A DNA stretch of 28,083 nucleotides, taken from the NCBI GenBank assembly GCA_041305005.1, contig JBFYMH010000011.1, positions 1-28,083 on the forward strand, given 5' to 3'. The position numbers and the translations under genes are program-made. Source of the stretch: Thermoplasmatales archaeon (GTDB lineage Archaea > Thermoplasmatota > E2 > DHVEG-1). Below the pieces are notes generated by a model. The model did no database searches, was not told the DNA's origin, and saw only the letters and a list, made by a program, of their open reading frames with translations. This document shows positions 1 to 9,736 of the stretch, one piece after another. Within the stretch, counting starts at the first letter, position 1. Each line of letters opens with the position of its first letter.

Positions 1-2
1 AA

Positions 3-344
3 TTTGTTTTATCTATCGAAAAAGTTAACAAAATGGTTGATTTGGCTGTTATTCATGGTGGTCAGGGTACGGTTTATACTGCTGCTTATGCTGGTAAGCC
101 TGTTATTGGTTTTCCAATGCAATTCGAACAACACCTTAATTTAGAAATACTTGTGAAAAAGAAAATGGCCATAATCGCCTCAAGAAAATATTTCAATGAA
201 CAAAAGTTTTTGAATGATATTAATAAAATATTTAGCAATTATTCTTTTTATTTTAACAACGCACAGAACCTTTCTAAAAAACTACCAGAACCTGAAGGAG
301 ATAAGATTGCAGCAGGTAAGATCATTGAGATTTTGCAACAATAA
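3..344 (+). CDS. GT1-type (UDP-glycosyltransferase, GT-B fold) protein, C-terminal fragment; 5' end lies outside the window
   Basis: The frame is open from the window edge (FVLSIEKVNKMVDLAVIHGGQGT...). It carries the donor-binding motif HGGQGT...PMQFEQ and is a paralog of 4360..5667. The ATG at 33 is internal. Confidence 0.85.
   Translation, partial: FVLSIEKVNKMVDLAVIHGGQGTVYTAAYAGKPVIGFPMQFEQHLNLEILVKKKMAIIASRKYFNEQKFLNDINKIFSNYSFYFNNAQNLSKKLPEPEGDKIAAGKIIEILQQ
33..136 (+). repeat. 104-nt exact direct repeat, copy 1
   Basis: Identical base for base to 5338..5441 (ATGGTTGATTTGGCT...GAACAACACCT). Confidence 0.95.
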
Positions 345-372
345 CTTTCTAGATTATCCATGCGGAGCTTAA

Positions 373-1209
373 ATGAATAAAAATATTATTATTAATAGAA
401 TATTGGATAAAACTTTCAAATATTCAGGTTTGAAATATTTTTATTTCAAAAATAAAAAAAACAAGAAAAAATGTCCAATTCTGCTTTATCATTCATTAAA
501 CCCAAATATAGATGGCGTACCAGAAAGCTTGTTTAAAGAACACGTACAATATCTGAGTTTAAACTATAATCTTATAACTTTAAAAGATGCAATACAAAGA
601 ATTACCTATGGTCATTTAAAGGGTGACGAGTTGGTAATAACTCTTGACGATGGGTACGAAGATAATTTCACCAAAGCTCTGCCTATTTTAATTAAATATA
701 ATGCAACTGCTACAATTTTTATCACTACTGAACTAATTGGTAAAAAATATCTAGAACAAAAAATGCTCAATGAAAACCAAATAATAGAACTTAATAGAAG
801 AGGAATGGAAATAGGATCTCATACAATAACGCATCCTAATTTAACTACTATCTCAGAAAATCAATTAAAAATTGAATTAGAACAAAGCAAACGAAAATTA
901 GAGAAGATAATTAAAACCGATGTCACATCTTTTTCTTATCCAACTGGTTTTTATAACAAAGCAGTGATAGAGATATGTAAAAAAGCTGAGTATAAAGCAG
1001 CTTGTACACTTTTTTATAATTTCTATATAGATTTGGAAAAAATATATGAGATACCACGAATCGTAATTTATTCATACGATTCTGTTATGGATTTACAAGC
1101 AAAAATCAATGGAGATCATCATTGGATGACCATATTAGACAAATTATTTTTGCCATGGATACTTAAAAAATATGATTTACATTTTAAAAACAAAGATAAA
1201 CAAGCATAA
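373..1209 (+). CDS. Polysaccharide deacetylase (NodB/CE4 family)
   Basis: Motifs LLYHS, ITLDDGY, EIGSHTITH and FSYPTG match CE4 motifs 1-3, including the Asp-His-His metal triad. Confidence 0.9.
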   Translation: MNKNIIINRILDKTFKYSGLKYFYFKNKKNKKKCPILLYHSLNPNIDGVPESLFKEHVQYLSLNYNLITLKDAIQRITYGHLKGDELVITLDDGYEDNFTKALPILIKYNATATIFITTELIGKKYLEQKMLNENQIIELNRRGMEIGSHTITHPNLTTISENQLKIELEQSKRKLEKIIKTDVTSFSYPTGFYNKAVIEICKKAEYKAACTLFYNFYIDLEKIYEIPRIVIYSYDSVMDLQAKINGDHHWMTILDKLFLPWILKKYDLHFKNKDKQA

Positions 1210-1272
1210 CATAAATTTACACTACATTCTAAGTTTATTTAAAATTAAAAATAATCATTTTAATTAAAAAGA

Positions 1273-2028
1273 TCATCTCAATTTATTAACATCATACATC
1301 AAATCGTAAACGTTTTCTTTTTTTTTCACTCCATCTTTTTTAATGATTTTAAAGTAAGTCGGTATCATTTTTGATAGTGGGATAAGCTTATTTTTTCGCG
1401 TGCAAACAATAACTCGTTTGTTCAAGTGTTTTAATTTCTGATTTTTCTTTTTAGCCATTTTTTTCATTCTTCTGGCAAAATCTATATCTTCTAACGCCCA
1501 AAATTTTTCATCAAAACCGTTCATTTTCTCAAAATCTGAGCGTCTTAGATAAATAAGGATAAGTCCATACCCGCTCAAATCTACTTTTATAAGATACAAT
1601 AGAAAATCTATCAAACCAAAACCACCGAATCCAAAAAAACTGTTTATTCTATCAGGTCTCATTCTACTTCCCCCTCCAAAAATGTTTTTTCTTTCTAAAT
1701 TTCTATGAATTTGAATAAATGCATCCCTAGGTATTATAGAAGAATCCCCATCAACAAATGCAATATATTCACCTAATGCGTACCTTGCGCCAGCATTTCT
1801 TACAGCAGCCAAATTATGTTTTTCAAATTTAACAACTCTGCAACCGTAATCTATAGCAATTTTTGCAGTGTTATCTGTTGAATCGTTGTCGACAACTATT
1901 ATTTCTACTCTTTCTTTGATGATTTTTTCATATAACGATTTGGCGATATTTACTGACTCGAGAGTTGGTCGTATATACTTTTCTTCATTCCATGCAGGAA
2001 TTACTAATGTAATCTTTGTTTTCAACAT
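1273..2028 (-). CDS. Glycosyltransferase family 2 (GT-A)
   Basis: IPAWNEE, VVDNDSTDNT, RNAGA, FVDGD (DxD) and GFDE...EDIDF motifs. Confidence 0.9.
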   Translation of the reverse strand: MLKTKITLVIPAWNEEKYIRPTLESVNIAKSLYEKIIKERVEIIVVDNDSTDNTAKIAIDYGCRVVKFEKHNLAAVRNAGARYALGEYIAFVDGDSSIIPRDAFIQIHRNLERKNIFGGGSRMRPDRINSFFGFGGFGLIDFLLYLIKVDLSGYGLILIYLRRSDFEKMNGFDEKFWALEDIDFARRMKKMAKKKNQKLKHLNKRVIVCTRKNKLIPLSKMIPTYFKIIKKDGVKKKENVYDLMYDVNKLR

Positions 2029-2164
2029 TTTCAGGCCTATATTAAGATAATAAGTAATAGTCTAAGATTTAAAAATATCTATTTAACATAAATTTTTGCT
2101 GTAACAATCAAATATTTTAATACGTACTAGTTTTATAATTGTATGACTTGTAGGATAGAAATAA

Positions 2165-3325
2165 ATGAAAATATGTCTGATATCTAATTTAAGATCCGAA
2201 GGCTATGGTGTCTCAACTAGAGCTTATTATATCTCCAAGCATCTATCACAATTTGGTAACGAAGTTCTACACATATGCGATAATTCATCTGAAAATGTCA
2301 AAGAAGTATCATTTGATGATTTTACCGATCATAGAAACATTAAGTATGTAGAAAAAATTCATTATAAAAATGGCATAAAATTAATTAATAATCTAAAAAA
2401 TGTGAAATATTTAATTAAAGAAATTGAAAAATTTAACCCAGATGTTATATATCCTCATATGCTATTCAATGGTTATAAAATTCTTTGGCTTAATAAATTT
2501 TTTAAGAAACCCATAATCTATGATGCTGATACTTCTAATTATTTTGAAATGATAACTGTGCCAAATCATGAATACAATATATTAAGAGAAATAATAGGAA
2601 TATTGGAAAAAAAAATTCTTAAAAAATCCAATGGAATAATTACTGTTTCTGCTGAAACAAAAAAATTTTTTATTGATACTTATAAAATCGAAACTGAAAA
2701 AATCGAGATTGCTAAAAATGGTACTAATACTAAAACTTTTAAACCTGGTCCAAAAGATACCAAAATCTTATACAATCTTGGAATCAGAGAAAACGATAAA
2801 ATATGTGTTTTTACAAACCCTAGATTCTTTGGCTACAAAACAAATTATTACGGTTTAGATTATTTATTTGATATAGTACCTAAAATCGAAAAAAAAATTG
2901 AAGACATCAAATTTTTAATTATAGGGGGTGGACCTGAACCTAAACCGCCTTCAACAAATGTTATATATACTGGCTTTGTAAAAAATTTACCACCATACAT
3001 AAATCTAGCTGATGTCTGCTTGGCACCTTATCCTACTGAAGCTGTGTGTGGTGGCACAAGAAATAAAATCTGCGATTATCTTGCATGTGGTAAACCAATT
3101 GTTTCAACTCCCGAAGGGATGAGAGGATTTGACGATGCTATACCTAATGAGCATTACTTTTTAGGAATTAATAAGGAATATTTTGTAAATAAGTTAATTT
3201 ATTGTCTACGTAATCTAGATGAAGTAAAAACAATTGGAAAAAATGCCAGATCTTTATCTCTTAGATATGATTGGGAGATTTCATCAAAGAAAGTTGAAGA
3301 ATATCTAAAAAAGTTTCTGATGTAA
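2165..3325 (+). CDS. Glycosyltransferase family 4 (GT-B)
   Basis: N-terminal MKICLI strand and PDVIY. The C-terminal TGFV...ADVCLAPY...KICDYLACGKPIVST region is typical of GT4. Confidence 0.88.
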   Translation: MKICLISNLRSEGYGVSTRAYYISKHLSQFGNEVLHICDNSSENVKEVSFDDFTDHRNIKYVEKIHYKNGIKLINNLKNVKYLIKEIEKFNPDVIYPHMLFNGYKILWLNKFFKKPIIYDADTSNYFEMITVPNHEYNILREIIGILEKKILKKSNGIITVSAETKKFFIDTYKIETEKIEIAKNGTNTKTFKPGPKDTKILYNLGIRENDKICVFTNPRFFGYKTNYYGLDYLFDIVPKIEKKIEDIKFLIIGGGPEPKPPSTNVIYTGFVKNLPPYINLADVCLAPYPTEAVCGGTRNKICDYLACGKPIVSTPEGMRGFDDAIPNEHYFLGINKEYFVNKLIYCLRNLDEVKTIGKNARSLSLRYDWEISSKKVEEYLKKFLM

Positions 3326-3375
3326 TTAACCGGATTTTATCTTTCTCTATTTTATTTGTTGGTTCTCTAAATTTT

Positions 3376-4212
3376 TCATCTGAATAATCTTGACCATTCA
3401 ATTTCAGTATAAGGTTTCTTTTTGAATATTTCTAAATATTTGTTTGGTAGATTTTCTATTAATTTTTGAAATTGTATTTCATCATATTTACTAAATGCCG
3501 TTGGTATGATGCTTATATTTTTGTCTCCAGTCATATTTACTTTTTTGTTATTTAGAGTTAAATTAAAAAAATTAAACATATCCTCTATTTTTTTGTAATT
3601 GTTAAGATATCCTGGTGTGAAAAGAGTATAACAATCGTCATACTTCTTATATTCCTCTAAAAATTGCATGGCTCTGTTTTCTATTTCAATCCATTGCAAT
3701 AAATAGTTCTGATATGGAGTTAGAGATTTTAGCTGCACATCTCGATAAATATCTTCTTTTTTTGTCAAAGTCCATATATAATATTTCGCTCTATCCTTTC
3801 CTCTGTAATATTTAGGGAAGGGATATAAAATTTTGATTTTAGTTGTATGAATCCACGTATCTTTGTTAAGTTCACTTCTGGCTACCTCAAGCGGATTTCT
3901 AATCAAATGAATCAGTTTCATATCAGGGTAATATTCCATAGCTACATCTGAAAAAGATTTGAGAAAAGCATTATTTGTTTCTATATATACATCGTTGCCA
4001 TGTTTGGCGTATCTGTCGATTTTCTTTTTTTTCCACAGAAACTTTCTTCTTATCTTATCAATTTTTTCCTGCTGACGCCAATAGATAGGTTTTCCGAACA
4101 TATTTGGTAATGGTTCATGTTTGCTGATACAGTTTTTGATATTATATTTGAACAAATCAGATAGATACTTGGTTCCTGATCTTCCACTTGCTAAAACAAA
4201 TATTTTAAGCAT
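3376..4212 (-). CDS. PAPS-dependent sulfotransferase-family protein
   Basis: 5'-PSB loop FVLASGRSGT, HEP, and 3'-PB-like LIHLIRNPLEVARS. Confidence 0.75.
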   Translation of the reverse strand: MLKIFVLASGRSGTKYLSDLFKYNIKNCISKHEPLPNMFGKPIYWRQQEKIDKIRRKFLWKKKKIDRYAKHGNDVYIETNNAFLKSFSDVAMEYYPDMKLIHLIRNPLEVARSELNKDTWIHTTKIKILYPFPKYYRGKDRAKYYIWTLTKKEDIYRDVQLKSLTPYQNYLLQWIEIENRAMQFLEEYKKYDDCYTLFTPGYLNNYKKIEDMFNFFNLTLNNKKVNMTGDKNISIIPTAFSKYDEIQFQKLIENLPNKYLEIFKKKPYTEIEWSRLFR

Positions 4213-4359
4213 AATCTACCCTGATATGTTATATTTTTATCGTTTTTTTGTAAGTATTATGTAAAACAATCAACTTTGTATTTATAAGCTAAATGCTTAA
4301 ATCTCTATAGAATCGTATTAAAAACTAAATAATAATAAATAATAAACTTATTCGATGGA

Positions 4360-5667
4360 GTGATTATGAACAATTATAACAAAAAACCGCTTGTTGGATT
4401 TTTTCCTCTTTTTTATAACCTCGCTGAAACTGGCAGAGCTATACTAGTCGCTAAAAGATATATAGAACTTGGTGGCGAAGTCATTTTCTTCAGTCATGGT
4501 GGAGAATACGAATATCTGGCTAGAGAGCTGGGATACAAAATTATCCAACTAGATCCTCTCTTTACCGAAGAATCAATAAAAAGAATCGTAAGTATTAACA
4601 GAAGAGAAAGAAAGGGCATAGCATATACAGAAACTTTTTTACGAGAATCTGTCAAAAATGAAGTTCTAGCCTACAAAGAAACAGGAGTTAATATGATTGT
4701 ATCATTTGTCAATATGCCCTCTTCTATTTCTGCTAGAGCCGCAAAAATCCCTCTTGTTTGCATAGGGCCTGGGCCAGGATCTTTTTACGTTTCTTATCCA
4801 GATTATTTTGAAAATACCATTACGCGCTTTATCCCAAAATACTTTAAAATACAATTTTTAAACTGGAGTTTCGCTTATGGTAAAAACTCTCTAAAACCGT
4901 TTAACAAAGTTGCACGTGAATACAACCTTAAACCATTCAAATGTTCTATGGAAGCGACTCGCGGAGATGTAACTTTGATTACTAATTTTCTAGAATTTAT
5001 AAACGTTTTTCCAAATCAACAGGAATTCCCTGATGAAGACTATGTTGGTATTATTCTTTTGGAAGATTTATTTTTGAAAAAATTTCCTGAAGAAAATACA
5101 AATCAGATAAATAACGAAATTGAAGCTCATATCAAAAGACCTGGTAGATCTATTCTTTTAACCATGGGTAGTAGCGGCGATAAACAACTTTTTCTTAATA
5201 TCCTACAGGCACTAAACAAAACACGGTATAACGTTATTGCAGTATATGCTAATATATTACGAGAAAACGAGATACCTAAGTTAAATGATAATATTTTAAT
5301 GAAGAAATTTGTCCCTTCTATTGAGAAGGTTAATCAGATGGTTGATTTGGCTGTTATTCATGGTGGTCAGGGTACGGTTTATACTGCTGCTTATGCTGGT
5401 AAGCCTGTTATTGGTTTTCCAATGCAATTCGAACAACACCTCAATCTAGAGAAAATGGTTGGACATGGTACTGGTTTAATGTTATCAAAGAAATATTACA
5501 AAGAAAAAAATTTACACGATGCAATTAAAAAAATATTTGATAACTACGATGTTTATCTAAACAATGCTAAGAAACTTGCTAAAAAGATTCCTATGCCCGA
5601 GGGCGACAGAAATTCGGCGCTAAGACTCGTTGATATCTTAAAACAATATAAAAACAATCAAAAATAA
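4360..5667 (+). CDS. GT1-type UDP-glycosyltransferase (MGT/UDPGT-like, GT-B)
   Basis: N-terminal NLAETGRAILVA...GEVIFFSHG, LTMGSSG, and C-terminal VIHGGQGTVYTAAYAGKPVIGFPMQFEQ donor motif. Confidence 0.85.
   Translation: MIMNNYNKKPLVGFFPLFYNLAETGRAILVAKRYIELGGEVIFFSHGGEYEYLARELGYKIIQLDPLFTEESIKRIVSINRRERKGIAYTETFLRESVKNEVLAYKETGVNMIVSFVNMPSSISARAAKIPLVCIGPGPGSFYVSYPDYFENTITRFIPKYFKIQFLNWSFAYGKNSLKPFNKVAREYNLKPFKCSMEATRGDVTLITNFLEFINVFPNQQEFPDEDYVGIILLEDLFLKKFPEENTNQINNEIEAHIKRPGRSILLTMGSSGDKQLFLNILQALNKTRYNVIAVYANILRENEIPKLNDNILMKKFVPSIEKVNQMVDLAVIHGGQGTVYTAAYAGKPVIGFPMQFEQHLNLEKMVGHGTGLMLSKKYYKEKNLHDAIKKIFDNYDVYLNNAKKLAKKIPMPEGDRNSALRLVDILKQYKNNQK
5338..5441 (+). repeat. 104-nt exact direct repeat, copy 2
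   Basis: Identical base for base to 33..136. Confidence 0.95.
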
Positions 5668-5710
5668 GTTATTTATTATCTAACATCATAATGAAGGACG
5701 ACAGATTGCA

Positions 5711-6913
5711 ATGAATGATCAGAATACTGATCCCAATCGAAAAATTGAGATAGGTATACTGGAGGTACGCCGCCATATACCTATAATATACTCATTTAGC
5801 AAGATTTTCAAAACAAAAGATACAAATGTTACCATATTTACTACAAAAGAACTTTTATCGCAACTAACCAACTATCTAAAAGATACAAAAGAGTATAACA
5901 TCGTACTTAAAGAAGATAATGAAACAATATATTCATTTATAAGGCGCGTCAAAAAAATTTGTGATCAAAAAATCGATTTATTATTTGTTAACACCATCCA
6001 TGAAACTGTGTTGGATCTTATATGTTATCTAAAATTTCGCCCAAAATCCAAGACTGTTATTCTAGTTCATCATGTAAACGCTTGGTTAAAGCCACAGCTA
6101 GTATGCAAAATACTACATCCTATCCGAACTTTTGACACGAACATGAGCTCTGTTTTAATCCATGCATTTATATTTCCAAAATTTGATGCAATCAACGTTA
6201 TTTATCGCCCGCTAAAAGATTACATAAAAACACATACTAACTATGACCAAGAAATATTTACACTCCCCACATCAATATTCGATAAAACTACGTTAACATC
6301 AGATTCAAACGATAACGAAGCAATTAAAATTGTAATACCTGGTCTCATCCAGGAACACCGCAAAGATTACGATGTTGTTTTTACGGCTTTCTCATCCCTT
6401 TTCAAACAACACAAAAATAAAATCAAATTGATTATACCTGGTTTGCCTGTGGGATTATATGGTAAACGTATCTATGAGAAATTCAAAAACTTACGTGATG
6501 AAGGATACGATATTGTAATTTTTGGCAAATACGTCCCAGATGACATATTTGGTAAACTGCTAACTGAAAGTGATATTATTCTTGCTCCAATAAAAATTAA
6601 AACCAGAGCTGATAACGACATAGAAGAGGAATATGGTAAAACTGTTGGCAGCGGCGTAATATTCAATGCCATACAATATGCAAAACCTATAATTGTTCCA
6701 TATGAATTCAATATGTTACCTGAGCTGAAAAGTAGTACATTGACCTATAAAAACCCGGGAGAACTAGAGAACATCATAAATACGATTCTTTCAGATTATG
6801 AGAACCTCAAAAAACTAAAACAAGAAGCATTAGTAAACGCAGAAAAATTCTCACTTGATACTCTCCAAAATTATTTCGAACAGAACGTATTATCCTGGGT
6901 TAAAAAAGAATAA
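5711..6913 (+). CDS. Divergent GT-B (GT4-like) glycosyltransferase
   Basis: IVIPG...RKDY, ESDIILAP and SGVIFNAIQYAKPIIVP resemble the C-terminal GT4 Rossmann domain. Length and locus context fit. Confidence 0.7.
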   Translation: MNDQNTDPNRKIEIGILEVRRHIPIIYSFSKIFKTKDTNVTIFTTKELLSQLTNYLKDTKEYNIVLKEDNETIYSFIRRVKKICDQKIDLLFVNTIHETVLDLICYLKFRPKSKTVILVHHVNAWLKPQLVCKILHPIRTFDTNMSSVLIHAFIFPKFDAINVIYRPLKDYIKTHTNYDQEIFTLPTSIFDKTTLTSDSNDNEAIKIVIPGLIQEHRKDYDVVFTAFSSLFKQHKNKIKLIIPGLPVGLYGKRIYEKFKNLRDEGYDIVIFGKYVPDDIFGKLLTESDIILAPIKIKTRADNDIEEEYGKTVGSGVIFNAIQYAKPIIVPYEFNMLPELKSSTLTYKNPGELENIINTILSDYENLKKLKQEALVNAEKFSLDTLQNYFEQNVLSWVKKE

Positions 6914-6958
6914 GAAGTTACATTGTACATCTATACTCTTAATCTGAATTGTCACAAT

Positions 6959-8584
6959 CTAAATTTTTAAATTATCTTTGAGTTTTTTTATTTTTTGTTT
7001 TTCAGAATCTGACAAGGTTTGCTTGACGGGCGAATATTTATCCCAATCAACTGTTTCCAACGAAGGTTTCTCAACGAAAATATAATCATGAACTTTACCG
7101 TCTACATCGTTTGGCACAGGAAGATCTAGAGTAGCAAATACTGTCGGTAAAACATCCATAACATTTGCATTTTTAATTGTAACATTTGATTTGATGTTAT
7201 TGCCATGAGCAAAAAAAACACCATATTTAGCATGATCACCAGAGCGACCAGCAGAATCATCACTAAAAGCAACCGGCAATATCCGTTTCTTTGTTTTTTT
7301 CCATCTGCTTAAAACATTGGGTGTCCGTATCCATTCCGCGGCTGTAACCCCTTTTTTAACATCAATTACTAAATCGGGCGGATCTTTTGCTTTCTCACCA
7401 TATACCTCATCACATCTGTATATTTTTTCAACAAGGTGCTCTTTCGTATCCGGATGTTGTAATTTTTCAAATAACGTCTGAATTTCTTTACAAAGACGAT
7501 TATATTCATCTGGATCTACTATTCCTTCTGAAAATCTGCCTTTTCGACATATTCTAATGCCGCGTCCATCTGCTGTTGAAAATGCTTTAGTCTTGGAAAA
7601 ATCAATAAGTTTTTGTTTAGATGAACTTGAAAAAAGAATTTTTTTTATAAACTTAATTTTTTTTATTGTTTTAGGTGGGATAATTCGCAATATTGAACTT
7701 ATTATTTTAAAAACTAGATAATCAAAAATAGATGTAGGATTCTGTGATAAATCTTGCTTCGGTACCAACAATCCAGCATTATACAATACATTATCAGGGT
7801 ACAAAATTGTTTTGATTTCCTCAAAACCATGATCAGATACCACAAAAAATACAGCATCTGAAAAATTTTCAACCATGGTGCCGATAAGTTCGTCTACTTT
7901 TTGATAGCAACTTAGTAACAAATCCTTTCTTTTATAAAGAAAATGCTGTGCAGTATCTGTGCCTCTGATAACAACCATTGTTAAATCCCAGTCGCTTTCC
8001 TTCATAAGATTAATTGTTACACTAACATGTGAACTCATCTGATCTATAATCTGATTCAACAATCTTTCAGGCGCATATTTCGCCATGTAAGAACGGGGAA
8101 AATCATCTACCCATAACTGCTCTAACTCAAATATGCCCAAGTCCTCTTTTGTTAGTCTATCTTTTACAGTTTTCGGATAAGTAAAATTTGATTCATCAGA
8201 TGGTGTAAGTAACCCTGTGATCATAACGCCATCGATTTTCTCTGGCGGGTATGTATTGGGAACATTTACTATTATACTATTTAGCCCAATGCTTGTTAAA
8301 TAATTCCACAGCGCAGGAACCTTTCTGCTAGATGAGGTTATGAGATGTGATTCTAAGGATGATGTACTCTCAAAACCATAAATGCCATGTTTACCTGGAT
8401 TACAACCAGTAATTATAGAAGCCCATGCAGGTGCACTAAATGGCGGTATAGTGGATTCAAGCGAACCGTATGTCCCATCTTGTTTAATTTTTTGTAAATG
8501 TGGAAGTTTATCTTCTTTCATCCACAACTCCAATAGATCTGGTGTTGCACCGTCAACGCCAATTATTACAACCTTCTTTTTCAT
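6959..8584 (-). CDS. Alkaline-phosphatase-superfamily enzyme (type I phosphodiesterase / nucleotide pyrophosphatase-like)
   Basis: GVDGAT (metal Asp), STIPPFSAPAWASIITGCNPGKHG (nucleophile region), TDTAQH, VSDHGF and C-terminal GDH. Confidence 0.88.
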   Translation of the reverse strand: MKKKVVIIGVDGATPDLLELWMKEDKLPHLQKIKQDGTYGSLESTIPPFSAPAWASIITGCNPGKHGIYGFESTSSLESHLITSSSRKVPALWNYLTSIGLNSIIVNVPNTYPPEKIDGVMITGLLTPSDESNFTYPKTVKDRLTKEDLGIFELEQLWVDDFPRSYMAKYAPERLLNQIIDQMSSHVSVTINLMKESDWDLTMVVIRGTDTAQHFLYKRKDLLLSCYQKVDELIGTMVENFSDAVFFVVSDHGFEEIKTILYPDNVLYNAGLLVPKQDLSQNPTSIFDYLVFKIISSILRIIPPKTIKKIKFIKKILFSSSSKQKLIDFSKTKAFSTADGRGIRICRKGRFSEGIVDPDEYNRLCKEIQTLFEKLQHPDTKEHLVEKIYRCDEVYGEKAKDPPDLVIDVKKGVTAAEWIRTPNVLSRWKKTKKRILPVAFSDDSAGRSGDHAKYGVFFAHGNNIKSNVTIKNANVMDVLPTVFATLDLPVPNDVDGKVHDYIFVEKPSLETVDWDKYSPVKQTLSDSEKQKIKKLKDNLKI

Positions 8585-8719
8585 AAGACCCTTATTGCAT
8601 CATTAAATATGCAAGGTTTATAAGAATTACTTTTTTGAACATTGTCTCCAATGTAGTTACTTTTACTTTAAATCACTAAAAATATTAATATGATATGTTA
8701 ATAACTTATCTAGTAAGTC

Positions 8720-9727
8720 GTGAAGTTTACTATGAACATAAATTGCAAAACCTTTGATTTAGACTATCCATACAATGACAGACTTAAAGATGTGTCGTTC
8801 CAACCCGTCTTCATAATGGGTCTACAAAGATCCGGTACAAGTATTTTATACAAAATACTCGCTACTACACAACTCTTTAACCCCATAACTGCGTATCACA
8901 TAATTAAATACCCTGAACTTCTTTATAATCATATAAATAATGGAGAACTAAAAGTAAAAAACGATTTGTTAGAATTTTTGAAATCTAATTCTCAGACAGA
9001 TAGAAGTATAGACAAATTGAAGATAACACCTGACTTCCCTGAGGAATACGGATTCTTACTTGGCCAAAAAACCAAATATTCGAATCTTAATGATAAAAAT
9101 CTTCATGTTTTCATTGATTTATGCAAAAAAATTCAATTTATATCTGGCAACAATAAACCTCTTCTATTAAAAAACCCGTGGGATTTCTCAAATTTCTTAT
9201 ATATTAAACAGGTTTTTCCAAATGCAAAATTTATATTCATACATAGAAACCCACTTAAAACACTTAATTCACAAATAAATGCGATGAGAACACTGCTCCG
9301 TGATAAAAGCGCTTATATGGCGATGCTTTCCCCGTGGTATAATAAACTATTTTATCATAAATTGCATCTTTATTACTATAAATTTTTGTACTCCCCTAAT
9401 TTACCAATTCGATCAATTCAAACATTAAGGAGAATGACAAAAACCACTAACCAATTTTTAGAAAACATAAATAATCTTGAAGAAACAGAGTATATAAGCA
9501 TAACATATGAAAACCTATGCAAACAACCAGAGACAATTATAACAAATATTCTGAAATTTTTAGAAATGCCTTTGCCAGAATACGTCAACTACCAAGAATA
9601 TATAAAACCTAGAAAAACAGAAGAATTAAATGAAATTCGTAAGATTAAAAAAACCACTCTTAAAAAACTCCACTCGTATATTTCATATTGCGGCTATTCG
9701 GAAGAAGAAATAATTAATTTAAACTAA
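8720..9727 (+). CDS. PAPS-dependent sulfotransferase-family protein
   Basis: FIMGLQRSGTS (5'-PSB), LLKNP, FIFIHRNPLKTLNS (3'-PB) and ITYENL. Confidence 0.85.
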   Translation: MKFTMNINCKTFDLDYPYNDRLKDVSFQPVFIMGLQRSGTSILYKILATTQLFNPITAYHIIKYPELLYNHINNGELKVKNDLLEFLKSNSQTDRSIDKLKITPDFPEEYGFLLGQKTKYSNLNDKNLHVFIDLCKKIQFISGNNKPLLLKNPWDFSNFLYIKQVFPNAKFIFIHRNPLKTLNSQINAMRTLLRDKSAYMAMLSPWYNKLFYHKLHLYYYKFLYSPNLPIRSIQTLRRMTKTTNQFLENINNLEETEYISITYENLCKQPETIITNILKFLEMPLPEYVNYQEYIKPRKTEELNEIRKIKKTTLKKLHSYISYCGYSEEEIINLN

Positions 9728-9736
9728 AAATTTGCA

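Noticed and set aside
1318-1326. A9 run on the coding strand of the GT2 (also A8 runs at 454-461 and 4025-4032) as phase-variation switches
   Set aside because: They encode Lys runs in an AT-rich, Lys-rich genome where such runs are expected. All frames are intact, and the A9 is near the 3' end.
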